This document shows, in pieces, positions 48,700 through 61,888 of a stretch of 64,000 nucleotides of DNA. Positions within the stretch are counted from its first letter, which is position 1. The number at the start of each line of letters is the position of its first letter. The stretch is from Macrostomum lignano. Lineage: Eukaryota. The DNA is taken from NCBI GenBank assembly GCA_002269645.1, contig NIVC01002955.1:1-64000 (forward strand), read 5' to 3'. The translations under genes and the position numbers were made by a program. The notes below the pieces were generated by a model that was not told where the DNA came from, did no database searches, and saw only the letters and a program-made list of their open reading frames with translations.

Positions 48700-50116
48700 G
48701 AGGATTTGGGAGGCTGGCCCAGCAACTGAGGATCTGGGAGGCTGGCCCAGCAACTGACACTCTGGGAGGCTGGCCCAGCAACTGACACTCTGGGAGGCTG
48801 GCCCAGCAACTGACACTCTGGGAGGCTGGCCCAGCAACTGACACTCTGGGAGGCTGGCCCAGCAACTGAGGATCTGGGAGGCTGGCCCAGCAACTGAGGA
48901 TCTGGGAGGCTGGCCCAGCAACGGACACTCTGGGAGGCTGGCCCAGCAACTGACACTCTGGGAGGCTGGCCCAGCAACTGACACTCTGGGAGTCTGGCCC
49001 AGCAACTGACACTCTGGGAGGCTGGCCCAGCAACTGACACTCTGGGAGGCTGGCCCAGCAACTGACACTCTGGGAGGCTGGCCCAGCAACTGACACTCTG
49101 GGAGGCTGGCCCAGCAACTGACACTCTGGGAGGCTGGCCTAGCAACTGACACTCTGGGAGTCTGGCCCAGCAACTGACACTCTGGGAGGCTGGCCCAGCA
49201 ACTGACACTCTGGGAGGCTGGCCCAGCAACTGACACTCTGGGAGGCTGGCCCAGCAACTGACACTCTGGGAGGCTGGCCCAGCAACTGACACTCTGGGAG
49301 GCTGGCCTAGCAACTGACACTCTGGGAGTCTGGCCCAGCAACTGACACTCTGGGAGGCTGGCCCAGCAACTGACACTCTGGGAGGCTGGCCCAGCAACTG
49401 ACACTCTGGGAGGCTGGCCCAGCAACTGAGGATCTGGGAGGCTGGCACAGCAACTGAGGATCTGGGAGGCTGGCCCAGCAACTGACACTCTGGGAGGCTG
49501 GCCCAGCAACTGACGATCTGGGAGGCTGGCCCAGCAACTGACACTCTGGGAGGCTGGCACAGCAACTGAGGATCTGGGAGGCTGGCCTAGCAACTGACAC
49601 TCTGGGAGGCTGGCCCAGCAACTGACACTCTGAGAGGCTGGCCCAGCAACTGAGGATCTGGGAGGCTGGCCTAGCAACTGACACTCTGGGAGGCTGGCCC
49701 AGCAACTGAGGATCTAGGCTGGCCCAGCAACTGACACTCTGGGAGGCTGGCCCAGCAACTGACGATCTGGGAGGCTGGCACAGCAACTGAGGATCTGGGA
49801 GGCTGGCCCAGCAACTGAGCATCTGAGAGGCTGGCCCAGCAACTGAGCATCTGGGAGGCTGGCCCAGCAACTGAGGATCTGGGAGGCTGGCCCAGCAACT
49901 GAGCATCTGGGAGGCTGGCCCAGCAACTGGGGATTTGAGAGGCTGGCACAGCAACTGAGGATCTGGGAGGCTGGCCCAGCAACTGAGGATCTGGGAGGTT
50001 GGCCCAGCAACTGAGGATCTACGAGGCTGGCCCAGCAACTGGGGATTTGGGAGGTTGGCCCAGCAACTGAGGATCTGAGAGGCTGGCCCAGCAACTGGGG
50101 ATTTGAGAGGCTGGCA
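48700..50116. repeat. 28-bp GC-rich minisatellite, ~50 copies
   Basis: Unit GGGAGGCTGGCCCAGCAACTGACACTCT, with a GAGGATCT variant. Confidence 0.97.
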
Positions 50117-50699
50117 TTTTATCCTGAAATGTAAAAAAGGACAATACACTCGTAAAACTCCTAGTTTACTACTGCTGATATGATACAATTCAAGTAGACA
50201 CGGAGATCCCATCTGCAATCCGCAACAGCTCAGTCAGTCTGCACATGTATTTTCCTTCGAGGTAAGAAACGAGCAAACGGGAAGACGCATGCAAGAACGA
50301 CGTCCAGCGCTATGAACAAAACAACAAAACAATGAACACAGAAACTGCCTGCTGATGAGGACAAGAGCTGTACAACTGCATGCAAGGGTCTATTTGTACT
50401 TGTATGGCGGCGCTATCACAAGATTACTGATAGAAGTAGTACAGTAAGTAAATATGTATTTTAATATTATTTTGGAAGTAGTCAGTCAAAGAAACAGAAG
50501 TTAACTGTATAACATTCTGGGTGGATTGAAGTGTTAGGAAGAAAAAAAACAGCAAATTACTTATTAATTTCTAGAAATTTTCGGACATTGAGGCTATAGG
50601 CTCGATTTCAATATTTAATCTTCTGTGTCTTCAGTTTCCAAGCTGAAATTAATTTTCGGGATTTTGACAAATTCTTGGTAAAATAAATGGTAGAAAAAC

Positions 50700-51910
50700 T
50701 TTGTGAATCACATTGAGATGGGGTGAATCACATTGAGATGGAGTGAATCACATTGAGATTGTGTGAATCACATTGAGATTGTGTGAATCACATTGAGATG
50801 GGGTGAATCACATTCAGATAGGGTGAATCACATTGAGATGGGATGAATCACATTTAGATGTGGTGAATCAAATTCAGATGGGGTGAATCACATTAAGATG
50901 TGGTGAATCACATTAAAATGAGGTTAATCACATTCAGATGGGGTGAATCACATTGAGATGGGGTGAATCACATTGAGATGGGGTGAATGACAGAGAGATG
51001 GGGTGAATGACATTGAGATGGGGTGAATGACAGAGAGATGGGGTGAATGACAGAGAGATGGGGTGAATGACAGAGAGATGGGGTGAATGACAGAGAGATG
51101 GGGTGAATGACAGAGAGATGGGGTGAATGACAGTGAGATGGGGTGAATGACAGAGAGATGGGGTGAATGATAGAGAGATGGGGTGAATGACAGAGAGATG
51201 GGGTGAATGGCAGAGAGATGGGGTGAATGACAGAGAGATGGGGTGAATGACAGAAAGATGGGGTGAATGACAGAGAGATGGGGTGAATGACATTGAGATG
51301 GGGTGAATGACAGAGAGATGGGGTGAATGACAGAGAGATGGGGTGAATGACAGAGAGATGGGGTGAATGACAGAGAGATGGGGTGAATGACAGAGAGATG
51401 GGGTGAATGACAGAAAGATGGGGTGAATGACAGTGAGATGGGGTGAATGACAGAGAGATGGGGTGAATGACAGAGAGATGGGGTGAATGACAGAGAGATG
51501 GGGTGAATGATAGAGAGATGGGGTGAATGACAGAGAGATGGGGTGAATGATAGAGAGATGGGGTGAATGACAGAGAGATGGGATGAATGTCAGTGAGATG
51601 GGGTGAATGACAGAGAGATGGGGTGAATGACAGAGAGATGGGGTGAATGACAGAGAGATGGGGTGAATGACAGAGAGATGGGATGAATGTCAGTGAGATG
51701 GGGTGAATGACAGAGAGATGGGGTGAATGACAGAGAGATGGGGTGAATGACAGAGAGATGGGGTGAATGATAGAGAGATGGGGTGAATGACAGAGAGATG
51801 GGGTGAATGACAGAGAGATGGGGTGAATGACAGAGAGATAGGGTGAATGACAGTGAGATGGGATGAATGACAGAGAGATGGGGCGAAGCACATTCAGATG
51901 CGGTGAATGG
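50700..51910. repeat. 20-bp minisatellite, ~60 copies, two sub-blocks
   Basis: GAGATGGGGTGAATCACATT units on the left give way to GAGATGGGGTGAATGACAGA units on the right. Confidence 0.97.
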
Positions 51911-51967
51911 CAGTGGGTTAAACTGAATGACAGCAGTTACTCACATTCGATAAGCATCCAGATGAGC

Positions 51968-52920
51968 TCAGCTGGTCATCTTGTCAGTGAGGGAGTTCCC
52001 AGCGGTCTCCAGGCACCAGCTGCAGGCCCGCAGTTCAGCCAGACAGGCAGTCCGCTCCGCCAGGCCCAGCCTGAACAGTTGCTCGACTTTAAGAAATTGA
52101 ACAGCCAGTCGGGTGTCGCCGCTGTTCAGCCCTAGGGCCAGGCAGCACTCGTCCTCGGTGACCCCCGGAACTGAATCTTGAACCTGACGCACTTGGCTTT
52201 GCTGCCATTGATGAGGCAGCAACGCGGAAGCAGCCGACGATGCTATAGCAGATCCAGGCGATGAAGCTGAGGATGTTGCTCTACGGCACAGCTTCTTCGC
52301 TCGACGGAAGCTGCCGCTGCCGCTGCTGCCGCTGCCGACGCCTGCGCCAGCGACCCCGCCGCTAGACTCAGATCGGCAGACTCTCCTTGGCGGAGGTGCT
52401 GGCGGCCGGACTTCGCCGAAGTTCTCGTACTCGACAATGCCGCCAGAAAGTTGATTCCGTCTGGCCTGTCGCTCCGGCAGAACCCAGTAGAAGTCCTTGG
52501 TCACCTGGCGGCCGTTCTGTAGGATTGGACAGATTCGAGTCCCTGCGGCCGGAGAGGGACTAGCGGGACTCTTGGAGATGGGATCTGGTGTTCCACTGTC
52601 TGGCTGGGGTTGCGGTGCACTAATGGCAACTGCTCTGGCGCTGACATCTTTGAGGCTGGGCGCGAAAGCCAGGTTCTGACGTCCGCCTGATGTTGTGTCG
52701 TTGACAGCAGGATCTGCAGCTGCATCGCTTGAAGAGACCGCAGCAACAGAGCGGCTGTCGTTGAGTTCTAACGAGGAGTCTGAGAAGTCTTCGCCTAGGC
52801 TTAAACTGGCTTCATCATCCACGTATTCTGCATTGTTTGAGGACAGCTTGTTTCCCATTGTAGGCAAGACAAGATCAACTTGAACTGGAGACGCGAATCT
52901 GCGCTTCGGGGGGGAGGCAT
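51968..52920 (-). CDS. Terminal exon of an ACK/TNK2-like gene: Mig6-homology motif plus C-terminal UBA-like domains
   Basis: RICPILQNGRQVTKDFYWVLPER resembles ACK1 [23 protein letters not shown], and VQDSVPGVTEDECCLAL..AVQFLKVEQLFRLGL..CSWCLETAG resembles the ACK1 C-terminus. The frame stays open up to an acceptor ttgcag at 52921. Confidence 0.85.
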
Positions 52921-53219
52921 CTGCAAGTTTGTCGGTTCGAAATTGACTTGGTCAGCTCGGGACTAACAGGTTTGCTAATTTTATACAACACCAGCTGACA
53001 CACGCTTTGGCCGGTCAGACGAAAACTGAACGGTTTCAGCTTTCACGCGGTGCCGACCAAGGACACCTTGAACCAGGATTTGGAGTTTTCAACTCTGATA
53101 CTTTCCAACTTTTTTCTAAATGCTTTATTTGCTTTATTCTTTAATCAGCTATCAAAACGTCAAAGTTTTATAGACTTTAATTTTGAAACATCAGAACTTT
53201 GAAGTCACAAGCGCGTATT

Positions 53220-53965
53220 TAGGCACTGCAGGCACTCATTTTGGCACTGCAGGCACTCATTTTGGCACTGCAGGCACTCATTTTGGCACTGCAGGCACTC
53301 ATTTTGGCACTGCAGGCACTCATTTTGACACTGCAGGCACTCATTTTGGCACTGCAGGCACTCATTTTGGCACTGCAGGCACTCATTTTGGCACTGAAGG
53401 CACTCATTTTGGCACTGAAGGCACTCATTTTGGCACTGAAGGCACTCATTTTGGCACTGCAGGCACTCATTTTGGCACTGAAGGCACTCATTTTGGCACT
53501 GCAGGCACTCATTTTGACACTGCAGGCACTCATTTTGGCACTGAAGGCACTCATTTTGGCACTGCAGGCACTCATTTTGACACTGCAGGCACTCACTTCG
53601 GCGCTGAAGGCACTCATTTTGGCACTGAAGGCACTCATTTTGGCACTACAGGCACTCATTTTGGCACTGCAGGCACTCATTTTGACACTGCAGGCACTCA
53701 TTTTGGCACTGCAGGCACTCATTTTGGCACTGAAGGCACTCATTTTGGCACTGAAGGCACTCATTTTGGCACTGCAGGCACTCATTTTGACACTGCAGGC
53801 ATTCATTTTGACACTGCAGGCACTCATTTTGGCACTGCAGGCACTCATTTTGGCACTGCAGGCACTCATTTTGACACTTCAGGCACTCATTTTGACACTT
53901 CAGGCACTCATTTTGGCACTGCAGGCACTCATTTTGACACTGCAGGCACTCACTTCGGCGCTGAA
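53220..53965. repeat. 21-bp minisatellite, ~35 copies
   Basis: Unit GGCACTGCAGGCACTCATTTT. Confidence 0.97.
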
Positions 53966-54579
53966 GACAATTATTTATAACAAAATTAAAATTCACTGGA
54001 AATTGATAATAAATTAATTAACTAATCAAGTCTCAAAATCAGGTTTCAGAAAAGAGTTGTCGTGACCAGATGTTCTATTCAAATTCTCCTTGATTAAACG
54101 TAGCTAAAAATTAGCATTTATAATTTAATGAGCCATTGGGGTGCCGCCCACACACGGCACCGCATGCAGTCGACAATTCTCTGATTCAAGCAAGTCATTT
54201 CTATATAGAATTTGCAGAAAAGAGTTAGAACTATTTTGCATGTAACTGTCAATCACCCGCCCTAGAATTCAATTTAGGACATTTAATAATGCTTCAATTA
54301 ATAGTGCAAATAGACTTGAATATAGAGTTACAAAATCTAAAAGTGCGATTTGGTGGCTATAACTCGCTTCAGTGTACTTTAATAACACTACCCCCGTGTT
54401 ACACTAGGGAAGTAGTTTGCTGTCTGCCTCCTGTCTGCAGTCTGTCATGGCTATGCACAGGCTTAATTTATCATTAAAACACGGGGAGTGCCGCATGAGT
54501 ACAGTGTAGTTCATTCTCTAGTTTCACTAATGGGAATCTATATATCTATTTGATGCTGAAGACAGGATGAAGAAACTGG

Positions 54580-57190
54580 GAGACTGAGGGAGACAGAGGG
54601 AGACACAGGAGACAGAAGGAGACACAGGAGACAGGGGGAGACACCGGAGACAGGGGGAGACCCAGGAGACAGGGAGACACACAGGGAGACAGGAAGACAC
54701 AATGGAAGACAGAGGGAGACACAAAGGGAGACACAGAGAGAGACAGAGGGAGACACAGTAGACACAGAGGGAGACAGGGAGACACAGAGAGAGACAGAGG
54801 GAGACACAGTAGACACAGAGGGAGACAGGGAGACACACTGGGAGACTGAGGGAGACAGAGGGAGACACAGGAGACAGGGGGAGACACAGGAGACAGAGAA
54901 AGACCCAGAGGGAGACAAACAACGAGACAGAAGGAAACACACAGAGAGACGGGGAGAGACACAGGGAGACCTAGGTTAGGCACAGGGGGGAGACACAAAA
55001 GGAAGACACAATGGGAGACAGATGGAGACACAAAGGGAGACAGGAGATACACAGGAGACAGAGGGAAACACACAGGGAGAAAGAGGGAGACACACAGGGC
55101 GACAGAGGGAGACACACAGGGAGACAGAGGGAAACACACAGGGAGACAAAGGGAAACACACAGGGAGACAGAGGGAAAAACACAGGGAGACAGAGGGAAA
55201 CACACAGGGAGACAGAGGGAAACACACAGGGAGACAGAGGGAAACACACAGGGAGACAGAGGGAAACACACAGGGAGACAGAGGGAAACACACAGGGAGA
55301 CAGAGGGAGACACACAGGGAGACAGAGGGAAACACACAGGGAGACAGAGGGAAACACACAGGGAGACAGAGGGAGACACACAGGGAGACAGAGGGAAACA
55401 CACAGGGAGACAGAGGGAAACACACAGGGAGACAGAGGGAGACACACAGGGAGACAGGAGATACACAGGAGACAGAGGAAACACACAGGAGACAGAGGGA
55501 AACACACAGGGAGACAGAGGGAAACACACAGGGAGACAGAGGGAAACACACAGGGAGACAGAGGGAAACACACAGGGAGACACAGGGAAACACACAGGGA
55601 GACACAGGGAAACACACAGGGAGACAGAGGGAAACACACAGGGAGACAGAGGGAAACACACAGGGAGACAGAGGGAAACACACAGGGAGACAGAGGGAGA
55701 CACACAGGGAGACAGAGGGAGACACACAGGGAGACAGAGGGAAACACACAGGGAGACAGAGGGAAACACACAGGGAGACAGAGGGAAACACACAGGGAGA
55801 CAGAGGGAAACACACAGGGAGAAAGAGGGAGACACACAGGGAGACAGAGGGAGACACACAGGGAGACAGAGGGAGACACACAGGGAGACAGAGGGAAACA
55901 CACAGGGAGACAGAGGGAAACACACAGGGAGACAGAGGGAAACACACAGGGAGACAGAGGGAAACACACAGGGAGACAGAGGGAAACACACAGGGAGACA
56001 GAGGAAACACACAGGAGACAGAGGGAAACACACAGGGAGACAGAGGAAACACACAGGGAGACAGAGGGAAAAACACAGGGAGACAGAGGGAAACACACAG
56101 GGAGACAGAGGGAGACACACAGGGAGACACAGGGAAACACACAGGGAGACAGAGGGAAACACACAGGGAGACAGAGGGAAACACACGGGGAGACAGAGGG
56201 AAACACACAGGGAGACAGAGGGAGACACACAGGGAGACAGAGGGAAACACACAGGGAGACAGAGGGAAACACACAGGGAGACAGAGGGAGACACACAGGG
56301 AGACAGAGGGAAACACACAGGGAGACAGAGGGAAACACACAGGGAGACAGAGGGAGACACACAGGGAGACAGGAGATACACAGGAGACAGAGGAAACACA
56401 CATGAGACAGAGGGAAACACACAGGGAGACAGAGGGAAACACACAGGGAGACAGAGGGAAACACACAGGGAGACAGAGGGAAACACACAGGGAGACAGAG
56501 GGAAACACACAGGGAGACAGAGGGAAACACACAGGGAGACAGAGGGAGACACACAGGGAGACACAGGGAAACACACAGGGAGACAGAGGGAGACACACAG
56601 GGAGACAGAGGGAAACACACAGGGAGACAGAGGGAAACACACAGGGAGACACAGGGAAACACACAGGGAGACAGAGGGAAACACACAGGGAGACAGAGGG
56701 AGACACACAGGGAGACAGAGGGAAACACACAGGGAGACAGAGGGAAACACACAGGGAGACAGAGGGAAACACACAGGGAGACAGAGGGAAACACACAGGG
56801 AGACAGAGGGAGACACACAGGGAGACAGGAGATACACAGGAGACAGAGGAAACACACAGGAGACAGAGGGAAACACACAGGGAGACAGAGGGAAACACAC
56901 AGGGAGACAGAGGGAAACACACAGGGAGACAGAGGGAAACACACAGGGAGACAGAGGGAAACACACAGGGAGACAGAGGGAAACACACAGGGAGACAGAG
57001 GGAAACACACAGGAGACAGAGGGAAACACACAGGGAGACAGAGGGAGACACACAGGGAGACAGAGGAAACACACAGGGAGACAGAGGGAAACACACAGGG
57101 AGACAGAGGGAAACACACAGGGAGACAGAGGGAAACACACAGGGAGACAAGAGACACACAGAGACAGGGAAACACAGAGCGAGACACAGG
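54580..57190. repeat. 22-bp GA/CA-rich minisatellite, ~2.6 kb
   Basis: Unit GGGAGACAGAGGGAAACACACA; the plus strand is almost free of T. Confidence 0.97.
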
Positions 57191-57764
57191 AAAGGGACAA
57201 TGCTGAATACAGTCAGTATGCAGGACATTATATTGCAGTTCTGGGGCAATAACTCACCAGTAAATTAGCACAACCGAATTATCCAGCGTTTGCGCATTTT
57301 TCTCGTTCTAATTAGCTTAGAAGATTAAATAAGATTAATAAGATAATTACTAAACTTTTTCGACCTTCTAGAAAGACAGATAAATCTTCAGCCTGGGTTT
57401 TTGCTTCTTTTCGTTTGTATTTTTATAATCAAGCAAAAAGCACTGCACACGAGCACGCTATCTGGGGCGCCTCAAAAGCGTTCTATTGTTAAATATTCTG
57501 CAGTTTACAGCCTGCCGATGCTGAGTAAGCGCGAAGGGTCAGGCGGTCAGTCCGGCCTCTCCATTCTATACTATAGGAGTACGCGTATTCAATATAGTTA
57601 GCTTGAGCTAGCTTACGGTCACGGGACCCCCACCCTCGCTATCTCTCTCTCCTTCGCTTATAATAAGCATGGAGTTCTAAGGCTTGCAACTGCCGGAATG
57701 GAACCTGCTTGTTTTGTGTCTCTCCGTCTCACTGGAGTCCACTCAGCATCTCGATCTCCATTTC

Positions 57765-58870
57765 AATGTCTCCATCTCACTCTCCATGTCACTGTCTCCA
57801 TCTCACTCTCCATGTCACTGTCTCCATCTCACTCTCCATGTCACTGTCTCCCTCTCACTCTCCATCTCACTCTCCATGTTATTGTCTCCCTCTCACTCTC
57901 CACCTTACTGTCTCCCGCTCGCTCTCCGTCTCACTATCTCCATCTCACTCTCCATCTCACTCTCCATGTCACTGTCTCCATCTCACTCTCCATCTCACTC
58001 TCCATGTTATTGTCTCCCTCTCACTCTCCACCTTACTGTCTCCCGCTTGCTCTCCGTCTCACTATCTCCATCTCACTCTCCACCTTACTGTCTCCCGCTC
58101 GCTCTCCGTCTCACTATCTCCATCTCACTCTCCATCTCACTCTCCATGTCACTGTCTCCATCTCACTCTCCATGTCACTGTCTCCATCTCACTCTCCATG
58201 TCACTGTCTCCATCTCACTCTCCATGTCACTGTCTCCATCTCACTCTCCATGTCACTGTCTCCCTCTCACTCTCCATCTCACTCTCCATGTTATTGTCTC
58301 CCTCTCACTCTCCACCTTACTGTCTCCGCTCGCTCTCCGTCTCACTATCTCCATCTCACTCTCCATCTCACTCTCCATGTCACTGTCTCCATCTCACTCT
58401 CCATCTCACTCTCCATGTTATTGTCTCCCTCTCACTCTCCACCTTACTGTCTCCCGCTCGCTCTCCGTCTCACTATCTCCATCTCACTCTCCATCTCACT
58501 CTCCATGTCACTGTCTCCATCTCACTCTCCATGTCACTGTCTCCATCTCACTCTCCATGTCACTGTCTCCATCTCACTCTCCATGTCACTGTCTCCATCT
58601 CACTCTCCATGTCACTGTCTCCATCTCACTCTCCATGTCACTGTCTCCATCTCACTCTCCATGTCACTGTCTCCATCTCACTCTCCATGTCACTGTCTCC
58701 ATCTCACTCTCCATGTCACTGTCTCCATCTCACTCTCCATGTCACTGTCTCCATCTCACTCTCCATGTCACTGTCTCCATCTCACTCTCCATGTCACTGT
58801 CTCCATCTCACTCTCCATGTCACTGTCTCCATCTCACTCTCCATGTCACTGTCTCCATCTCACCATCTGT
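57765..58870. repeat. 26-bp CT-rich minisatellite with higher-order variants
   Basis: Unit CTCCATCTCACTCTCCATGTCACTGT; longer composite units in the left half. Confidence 0.95.
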
Positions 58871-59480
58871 CTTTCTCCATCTCACTGCCTCCATCTCATT
58901 CTCTCTCCCTGACTATCTCCATCTCACTATCCATCCCAAGCGTACCATCTTTATCCCTTTCATTTCTTTCTCCAATAGATAAAACACGGGGCATTTATTT
59001 AGTAACTTGGCAACTTCAGAACTCTATATCCAATATTCCATGCAATACATGAGCCACTTGAGCTAAATATATATACCGTATATCTTGCCATCTTCTCAGC
59101 GAAAACACGCTGCAACTTGCCCCGAGTCAACCACCCACAGCCACCTACCAGACTGACCCTACAACACGCGGCAATCAAGCATATACATAAGCTCATATGT
59201 ATGCAGTCACTACACTAAATCATGTGGCGAATACAGCCCTTAGCCCTTGCTAGACTGTTTTCCACGCCAGCTGTTTTCTGACAGCACCATCTTCACTTAA
59301 CTTTGTTTGATCTATTTGGACAGCTATTCCTTTCTTTCCTTTGCAAATAGTCTCAAATCAAACAAACGTTTCAAGCTTGTGTACAGTACACAGGGAGAGG
59401 AAACGAGATAAGGCAGTGCAAAGTTAATTTGCTTGAATTTGAGTACTACTCATGGCTTTATCTTCCAAAAATAGAAGATT

Positions 59481-59870
<390 letters not shown>

Positions 59871-60261
59871 GACACATAAGTCTTACCCAAATTTAGTTGA
59901 TTTATTTACCAGAGGGGAGAGACTGACTGTCTGTAAGCAATACTTTGCGTAAAATAAATTCCGGTGTATTTGGATATATTTTAAACAAACAATAATGAGA
60001 TTGCAATATAAAAGCAAGCTAGCAAATTAAAAAAGAAAATTAATTAAACACGCTTGTAAGCAGACAGTACGAATAAAATGAAATACAGCTGTCACCATAA
60101 TAACTGACTTAAAAACAACAATTGCTCAACGTCGAATTTGAATTGCTAATCAACCAATCAACAAAATTTTACAAGTTGTCAAATCTTACGTATACAGATT
60201 TTGCGTCGTATAAAAATCATATTTTTACTCAGGGAGTTTAGTTTATACAATCCGCATCCAA

Positions 60262-60480
60262 TAGAACAGTCACTCCCATAGAATAGTCACTCCCATAGAA
60301 GTCACTCTAATAGAATAGTTACTCCCATAGAACAGTCACTCCCATAGAATAGTCACTCCCATAGAATAGTCACTCCCATAGAATAGTCACTCCCATAGAA
60401 TAGTCACTCCCATAGAATAGTCACTCCCATAGAATAGTCACTCCCATAGAATAGTCACTCACGTAGAATAGTCACTCCAT
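60262..60480. repeat. 17-bp minisatellite, ~13 copies
   Basis: Unit GAATAGTCACTCCCATA. Confidence 0.95.
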
Positions 60481-60528
60481 TAAAATTGTCACTCAAAAGC
60501 CTCAAAAAGTTCACTCCATCCAGCACTC

Positions 60529-60912
60529 CTACTGATTGTCCGTTTGTCCACCAACCGGATCGAGAGGACACGGCGGCAGGTCGGGCAGCTCCGGCAGGGT
60601 GACGGTGAGCACCGGCCGCTCAGCAGGCAGTCCGCGACGTCGCGGTCTTTGCCTCTCGTCGGCGGCCGCGTCAGAAGCGGCTTCAGCAAGCACCCGCAGC
60701 CGCTCCAGAGCCTCCTTGACAGTTGGCCAGTCGCGGACCGACCCAAACGCCGCGTCGGATGCGTCGACCGATTGCGAGGATGAGGCTGCGTCGTCGTCGA
60801 GGCCGTTGCCATGGTAACAGTCGGTTCCGACACCGGTTGGCAACAGAAGCAGCGGCTCGGGTGGAACCGAAATCGCTGGCGATTGGTTCAGACGGTCGGC
60901 CAGGGAGCGCAC
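60529..60912 (-). CDS. Probable terminal exon of an unidentified gene
   Basis: GC-rich open frame after the acceptor tttttatcggcag (phase 0), ending in TAG at 60529; joins the exon at 61584-61888. Confidence 0.65.
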   Translation of the reverse strand: MRSLADRLNQSPAISVPPEPLLLLPTGVGTDCYHGNGLDDDAASSSQSVDASDAAFGSVRDWPTVKEALERLRVLAEAASDAAADERQRPRRRGLPAERPVLTVTLPELPDLPPCPLDPVGGQTDNQ

Positions 60913-61078
60913 CTGCCGATAAAAAAGTCGGAAAAGTCCGTTTATATCTACTCAATAAGAAACCATTAGTAGTAAAGTTAGGCATGCGTAGCCAGGGAGG
61001 GGACAATGGGCTGCGGCACCCTTGCCTCAATTGGCTGGCAACCCCCCTTAGCAGTAGCTTTGGCGCCCCTGGGGGTCG

Positions 61079-61235
61079 CCATCACAAACCCGAAATATCA
61101 TAACTCCGAAAAAACAAAATAGTGTTGGAAATTGCTAGAACCTTCAAAGTGTGATATTTCGGGTTTGTGACATTTCGGGTTTATGATGGAATTGGAAAGC
61201 GCTTTTCGGAGTTGTGATATTTCGGGTTTTTGATG
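61079..61235. mobile_element. Small MITE-like inverted-repeat element
   Basis: CATCACAAACCCGAAATATCATAACTCCGAAAA is nearly complementary to TTTTCGGAGTTGTGATATTTCGGGTTTTTGATG; the outer boundaries are uncertain. Confidence 0.6.
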
Positions 61236-61436
61236 CCCCCCGCCCCTGGTGCTAAAGCCGCTGGTGCTAAATCTAGTGCCTAGTGCCCTAGTCATTGTCC
61301 TGAGCAAAATGACACTGGTCCAAATTTCGGTTCAATTAAATATTTTCTGGCCTGTATTTTCTTATTATGTGCGTTCACCCACCACCACTTTATCCACTTA
61401 TGTTTTCACGCGGTTTTCGTTTAACCTATCAATACT

Positions 61437-61478
61437 CATCGCCTGACGATGCCACTTGTGTGCCGAAACATGTCGCTA
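61437..61478 (+). ncRNA. Minimal type I hammerhead ribozyme motif (Penelope-like element remnant), slightly degenerate
   Basis: CUGACGA (61443-49), stem II (GCCAC-UUGU-GUGCC, one mismatch), GAAA (61465-68), palindromic ACAUGU helix III, GUC cleavage triplet (61472-74) and a short stem I (UCGC/GCUA, one mismatch). Confidence 0.65.
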
Positions 61479-61583
61479 AACTAAAATATATCGTTCACAA
61501 TATGTCGTTAGATATAGCTTATAATGATAAAGCTGTTTTTCTCACTACTAAATGTAAAAATGGCTGGAAGAAGGTAGCATCAC

Positions 61584-61888
61584 CTGCTCCTCGGTGCAGT
61601 CGGACCCCGACAGTCCCAGCATATAGAACGGATCGCGCTCCAAGTTGAGCACAAACCACACCAGCTCTTTGAGCGAATAAGCCACCCCGTGAGCTCGGAG
61701 TACCTCCAGCTGCGTGAGACATTTTCGAACAAAAGTTGAAGCCAGAAAACGAACCGCCGGATGCTCCCAGCCGGTGGCAGCGGGGCTTCCGGCATTCGAT
61801 GATGCGGCAGCAGCGGTGGTGGCAGCGTCATCAAAGGCACCGCTGTTTTCTGCTGCTAGAACTGCCTCCTTCACTTCGGCTAGTAGAG
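61584..61888 (-). CDS. Internal coding exon of an unidentified gene
   Basis: Acceptor taaacag, then a 305-nt open exon (LLAEVKEAVL..RFLASTFVRKCLTQLEVLRAHG..RDPFYMLGLSGSDCTEEQ) and donor CAG|GTGATG in phase 0. Confidence 0.7.

Noticed and set aside
50198-50264. Alternative last exon (DTEIPSAIRNSSVSLHMYFPSR) for the secreted-protein gene
   Set aside because: Weak acceptor; the nearer exon 48225-48310 fits the phase and gives a clean stop.
44886-51893. ORFs VAWESQM, GQPPRVSV and HSPHLSVI repeats
   Set aside because: Translations of the 21-, 28- and 20-bp arrays; the first lies within an intron of a supported gene.
59020-59370. Minus-strand peptide GIAVQIDQTKLS resembling a Merlin/ISXO2 transposase
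   Set aside because: A single weak motif, with no TIRs or further DDE residues.
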